From the NCBI GenBank assembly GCA_963787125.1, contig CAWBBV010000001.1, forward strand, positions 192,001 through 256,000: a stretch of DNA of 64,000 nt, given 5' to 3'. This document shows, in pieces, positions 60,238 to 64,000 of the stretch. How positions within the stretch are numbered: the first letter of the stretch is position 1; each line of letters starts with the position of its first letter. The DNA comes from an uncultured delta proteobacterium. Lineage in GTDB: Bacteria; Desulfobacterota; Desulfuromonadia; Geobacterales; DSM-12255. Made by a program: the position numbers and the translations under genes. Below the pieces are notes generated by a model, which had not been told where the DNA came from, ran no database searches, and was given only the letters and a program-made list of their open reading frames with translations.

Positions 60238-61170
60238 TCAGGCGCTGCGGCTGTGCAGCCACTGTACTACGTCCTTACTAACCTCCGTACGCATGCTGTC
60301 ATTGAGGAGTTCGTGGCGACCGCCTTGATACAATCGGCAAGTGACGTCACCTATGCCGGCGTTCCGAAAAGATTCGCATACCTGTAGCACCCCCTTGCCA
60401 TACTTCCCCACAGGATCATTTTCCCCGGAAACGAACAGTATCGGCAGATGACGCGGAATATTAGCGGTATTTACCTTGCCGGTGCTTTCCATGACTCCGG
60501 TGAGGAGGTCGGAGAAAAAGCCGGTAGTCGGCAGAAAGCCGCATTTGGGATCATCAATATAACGGTTCACCTCAACATCGTCGCTGCTCAGCCAGTCAAA
60601 GGCGGTTCTTTGTGGCTTGAAACGGGCGTTAAAGCCGGCGAAAAGCAACCTGGGCACAACAGGAAGCCTCGCTCTCATGCCGTATCTACGCACCAGCACT
60701 TTCGCTAAAACCTTCCCGGCGCTCCCCTGCAGGCCGGGATGCGCGCCGCTGCCGGAAAGGACTACCCCTTTAAGAGCCTGATGTTGCCTTGGCAGGGAAT
60801 TCCTTGCCAGAAACGACCCCATGCTGTGACCAAAGAGAAAAAGCGGCACCCCCGGGTTATCTTCGGCAATTAGCCGCGAAAGCCTCAGGATGTCATCAAC
60901 AGCTGCGTTCCAGCCGTTATTGTCGGCAAAATGGCCAAGGTCCTCAGCAGTAGCCGCGGTACGCCCATGGCCGCGGTGGTCGGCGGCATAGACAAGAAAA
61001 CCTTCCTGCGCAAGGGATTGGGCAAACTGCTCATATCTGCCGGCATGTTCTGCCATGCCGTGCACAATCTGCACTACCCCTCTGGGAATGGTACCCTGTG
61101 AAGGCAGCCACCTGTAGACAAAGACAGCAGAGCCGTCAGTCGAGAGAAAACTGAAGTGCCTGGTTTGCAT
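60238..61170 (-). CDS. lysophospholipase/monoacylglycerol lipase (alpha/beta hydrolase)
   Basis: HGMAEHAGRY, DHRGHG, GHSMG nucleophile, RHELLN. Confidence 0.9.
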   Translation of the reverse strand: MQTRHFSFLSTDGSAVFVYRWLPSQGTIPRGVVQIVHGMAEHAGRYEQFAQSLAQEGFLVYAADHRGHGRTAATAEDLGHFADNNGWNAAVDDILRLSRLIAEDNPGVPLFLFGHSMGSFLARNSLPRQHQALKGVVLSGSGAHPGLQGSAGKVLAKVLVRRYGMRARLPVVPRLLFAGFNARFKPQRTAFDWLSSDDVEVNRYIDDPKCGFLPTTGFFSDLLTGVMESTGKVNTANIPRHLPILFVSGENDPVGKYGKGVLQVCESFRNAGIGDVTCRLYQGGRHELLNDSMRTEVSKDVVQWLHSRSA

Positions 61171-62257
61171 CAAACGCATTCCCCCTTTCATCGATCATTT
61201 CGATTCTGTTACGACCCCTTCTTTTAGCCAGGTAGAGTGACTGGTCAGCACGGTCAATGGTTTCGGCAATATTCTCCCCTTGAAGATATTCCGTCAGCCC
61301 GATTGAAACCGTAATCCTGAATGTCGGACTGGCCGTCAGCAGTTCGGCTTTTTCAATCCGGTAGCGCAAGCGTTCGCAATATTGCCAGGCGCCGACCGGG
61401 GCTGTATGGGGAAGAACCAGCACGAACTCCTCGCCCCCGTATCGGGCCAGATAATCGGTGCTACGCAGGCCATCACAGGCAATTTTGGCAAAAGATTTCA
61501 AAACTTCATCGCCGCAAAGATGGCCAAGTGTGTCGTTGACGTTTTTAAAGAAATCGATATCCAGCATACAGATGCAGAATGAATGTCCGGCACGATCAAC
61601 ACGGTTTTTCTCATCATCCAGTTTTTCCATCAACCTGCGCCGATTAAAAACCCCGGTCAACTCATCATGACTGGCCATCTGCTTTATGATCTGGAGACTC
61701 TCTTCCAGCTTCCTGCGAATACTGTTGATGTAATTGGCCATCAGCGCAAAAAACGGCAGCATCCCTGAAAAGGCGAGCCACTGAAACACCTCCTGCTTGA
61801 CATAGATATCGCTTTTATTCTGTACCAATAGGGCGACCATGGCGGCATAACCGGTAATTGAAAAGATGACGACAATGAGAAACTGCCCGCTTCTGAGGCG
61901 AAATATCCCGAAGAGGAACACCACCATGAACATGGTCACAAATACCCAGCGGATCTCGTCACAGTTGTACATCATGACCAGAATTATAAAGACGGAGATC
62001 AGCATCTGCGTCATCGTCAGGCTCGGATCGCGCAAGCGGAGATTCAGACCGCTGCGCAGAATCGTATAAAAGACCAGATAAAGCAGGGTAGTGCCCGCAG
62101 CAAACCAGAGGAAAGTGCTGAACTGGAGCAGTCCCATCCTGATGGCAAAACAGAGAATCAAATAAGCTATCAGGTAAAAACCGTACGCCATCAGCGTGCG
62201 GTATAGCCTCAAAACCTGATGCGGATTATCTTTGGGTAAGAGCGTAAAGGTAGCCAT
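61136..62257 (-). CDS. membrane-bound diguanylate cyclase
   Basis: Six N-terminal TM helices; HDELTGVFNRR, RYGGEEF. Confidence 0.92.
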   Translation of the reverse strand: MATFTLLPKDNPHQVLRLYRTLMAYGFYLIAYLILCFAIRMGLLQFSTFLWFAAGTTLLYLVFYTILRSGLNLRLRDPSLTMTQMLISVFIILVMMYNCDEIRWVFVTMFMVVFLFGIFRLRSGQFLIVVIFSITGYAAMVALLVQNKSDIYVKQEVFQWLAFSGMLPFFALMANYINSIRRKLEESLQIIKQMASHDELTGVFNRRRLMEKLDDEKNRVDRAGHSFCICMLDIDFFKNVNDTLGHLCGDEVLKSFAKIACDGLRSTDYLARYGGEEFVLVLPHTAPVGAWQYCERLRYRIEKAELLTASPTFRITVSIGLTEYLQGENIAETIDRADQSLYLAKRRGRNRIEMIDERGNAFDANQALQFSLD

Positions 62258-62277
62258 CTATAGTACCTTTTTAGAAT

Positions 62278-63174
62278 CTAGACTGTTGCCTCTACCAGGT
62301 AAAATTCATTGTAAATCGGTTCCGGTACAATTTTTATCCCTTCGTCGACTTTGAGACGGGCGGCGACGTCCGCTATATAGGCAATCTGCTCATTACCATA
62401 ATTATGCTGGGCAAGCATCGTCCTGACCTCATTAACCGTGCCGCCCCAAAGCAGCGGTTCCCCTTTTTTCGCCACATATTTTGCGGTAAGGAGCAGTTCG
62501 CGACTCGGGATCCGCCCATTGATCTTGGCCGACGGCACCGAGTCGAAAATAAGACTGCTTCCAGGGGCAAAAAGTCTTTTGATTGCGTCAAGTGTGTAGT
62601 GAACTGCCGCCCCTTTCAGGTAGTACGAAACCCCTTCCCAGATAATAAAAGTCGGCTCCGGCTTGATTACTTGCGCCTGCAGCACCTGATTTGCCCAGTC
62701 GTCGTGAAAATCAACCGCGACATACTTGATCCGCCCATTGGTTTTGTTGGCATGTTTTTTAAGGAGTCCCAACTTCCCTTCCTGAGTTCTGGGGTGGTCT
62801 ATTTCGATAAAGTGGACATCCTGATACTCATCCCGGTGCCCGCGGTAATCATAGCCGGCGCCCAGTATCACCACCTGCCTGATGCCGCGTTCATAAGCAG
62901 CCTGAAGACGGTCATCAATATGGCGGTAGCGCAGGGCGACCAGTTCAATAGTGCCGCCATAGCCGGTCAAGCGGTTGGAAATAGCTCGCCCCAGATGATA
63001 GGTAAACGGCTTCAGCCAGGCTCTGGAAAAGAGCGGCTCGCCCCACGCCCACGGCCAGGGGAGCATTTTCAGGGAGAGTTTATCAACCATAATCCTGCTT
63101 GTTACCGGTGCAATGCTTGATAATGCCCGTAAAGCAACCACATCTGCCGCAGTTCTACTCGCCTTGTCTTTCAT
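62278..63174 (-). CDS. class I SAM-dependent methyltransferase (LCM-like)
   Basis: ASRTA...A.RA, QVVILGAGYD.R, EIDHP.TQ, IWEGVSYYL. Confidence 0.88.
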   Translation of the reverse strand: MKDKASRTAADVVALRALSSIAPVTSRIMVDKLSLKMLPWPWAWGEPLFSRAWLKPFTYHLGRAISNRLTGYGGTIELVALRYRHIDDRLQAAYERGIRQVVILGAGYDYRGHRDEYQDVHFIEIDHPRTQEGKLGLLKKHANKTNGRIKYVAVDFHDDWANQVLQAQVIKPEPTFIIWEGVSYYLKGAAVHYTLDAIKRLFAPGSSLIFDSVPSAKINGRIPSRELLLTAKYVAKKGEPLLWGGTVNEVRTMLAQHNYGNEQIAYIADVAARLKVDEGIKIVPEPIYNEFYLVEATV

Positions 63175-64000
63175 AATGCTCCTTCTTTATTGGACGCTTC
63201 CGGTTTGGGTGCAGGTGGTGCTTTCGCAAACCAGTTGAATGGATTTAAAAGCTTGAAAACCTTGTGAATCGCCTCTTGTTGATGATGCATCATCTCTTGC
63301 ATAACGGTCAGCGGCATCGTGACTTTTACCGAACCCATATAAGTCTCGGTCTTCTGCTCGTAATTCAGGCCGGCATAAGGGTTATAAACCGGCTTGGTAA
63401 AATCAGTCGAATTGAGATTAGCGCTGCCGTTATTCTTGACCTTGTATGAGGTGTTTACCAGATAGCCGGCAGCCAGGTCGACCACCATACCGTTCTTCAA
63501 CTTGATCCCCACACCGGCGCCATAGGAGTCCAGATCCGGCAGGGCGTACAGGAGGTCAAAGAGCGCCCCTTGAGTCGAACTTGTTCGATTCTCATAGCCG
63601 GCCCGCAGCGCCAGCCAATCCAGCAGCTGATACTCAAACCCCACACCCCAGTTCCAGGTGTCTTTGAAATTGCGCTGTACCTGGAGGACATTATCACCAC
63701 CGTTGTAGCCCAGAACTTTGACAAACTGCAGCAGCTGGATTTTCTGGTCAAAAATAATTTTGTCGCTCTTTATTACCGACCAGTTAGCCCAGTGGATATC
63801 CGTAAGAATGCTCAGTTTGCTGAAAGGTTTGACTTTAATCCCGAAATTAACAATCTGCGGATACTCCATGTCCTGAGAAACATGGCCGCTCTGCTGTGGC
63901 GTCGCCTTGTTCGGCAGCCCCAGCATGCCGGAGATCACCTGCAGAGTCGGGGTACTGCCGAACCAGTTAACCATCTTCTGCCAGTCATCGCTGTAGGTCA
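63171..64000 (-). CDS. FadL/OmpP1-family outer-membrane transporter (5' end outside window)
   Basis: FKDTWNWGVGFEYQ..WLALRAGYE beta-barrel motif; frame open to the window edge. Confidence 0.8.
   Translation of the reverse strand, partial: TYSDDWQKMVNWFGSTPTLQVISGMLGLPNKATPQQSGHVSQDMEYPQIVNFGIKVKPFSKLSILTDIHWANWSVIKSDKIIFDQKIQLLQFVKVLGYNGGDNVLQVQRNFKDTWNWGVGFEYQLLDWLALRAGYENRTSSTQGALFDLLYALPDLDSYGAGVGIKLKNGMVVDLAAGYLVNTSYKVKNNGSANLNSTDFTKPVYNPYAGLNYEQKTETYMGSVKVTMPLTVMQEMMHHQQEAIHKVFKLLNPFNWFAKAPPAPKPEASNKEGAL

Overview
Geobacteraceae-like (Desulfuromonadales) chromosomal segment interrupted by a complete 39,456-bp Mu-like transposable prophage (14667-54122; TGT...ACA ends, CAATC 5-bp target duplication, repeated transposase-binding motifs). 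Left host flank: hemG/hemY, groEL-groES with CIRCE, U32 hydroxylase, hybrid kinase, DAHP synthase with an aromatic-codon leader-peptide attenuator, ABC-F ATPase, a ChaN-like lipoprotein with a poly-Leu hexamer repeat, and a triheme cytochrome c. The prophage sits between that cytochrome's RBS and its predicted sigma-54 promoter. It carries repressor/Ner, MuA/MuB, GemA, Mor, lysis, head and non-contractile tail genes. Unusual parts of the prophage are an integron-type attC-bounded two-gene cassette with no integrase in the window, a type II hammerhead ribozyme, a structured RNA plus antisense promoter behind a MuF-nuclease fusion, duplicated late-promoter hairpins, and four signal-peptide-bearing fibre-like genes (one with CxxCH). 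Right host flank: sigma-54 activator, FilA/DUF6160-like gene, and a FadL / methyltransferase / diguanylate cyclase / lipase / GNAT / SCP2-GNAT / RaSEA-like radical SAM cluster. Many single-base frameshifts are confined to the prophage and may be assembly errors. All family assignments come from motif recognition, not database searches.
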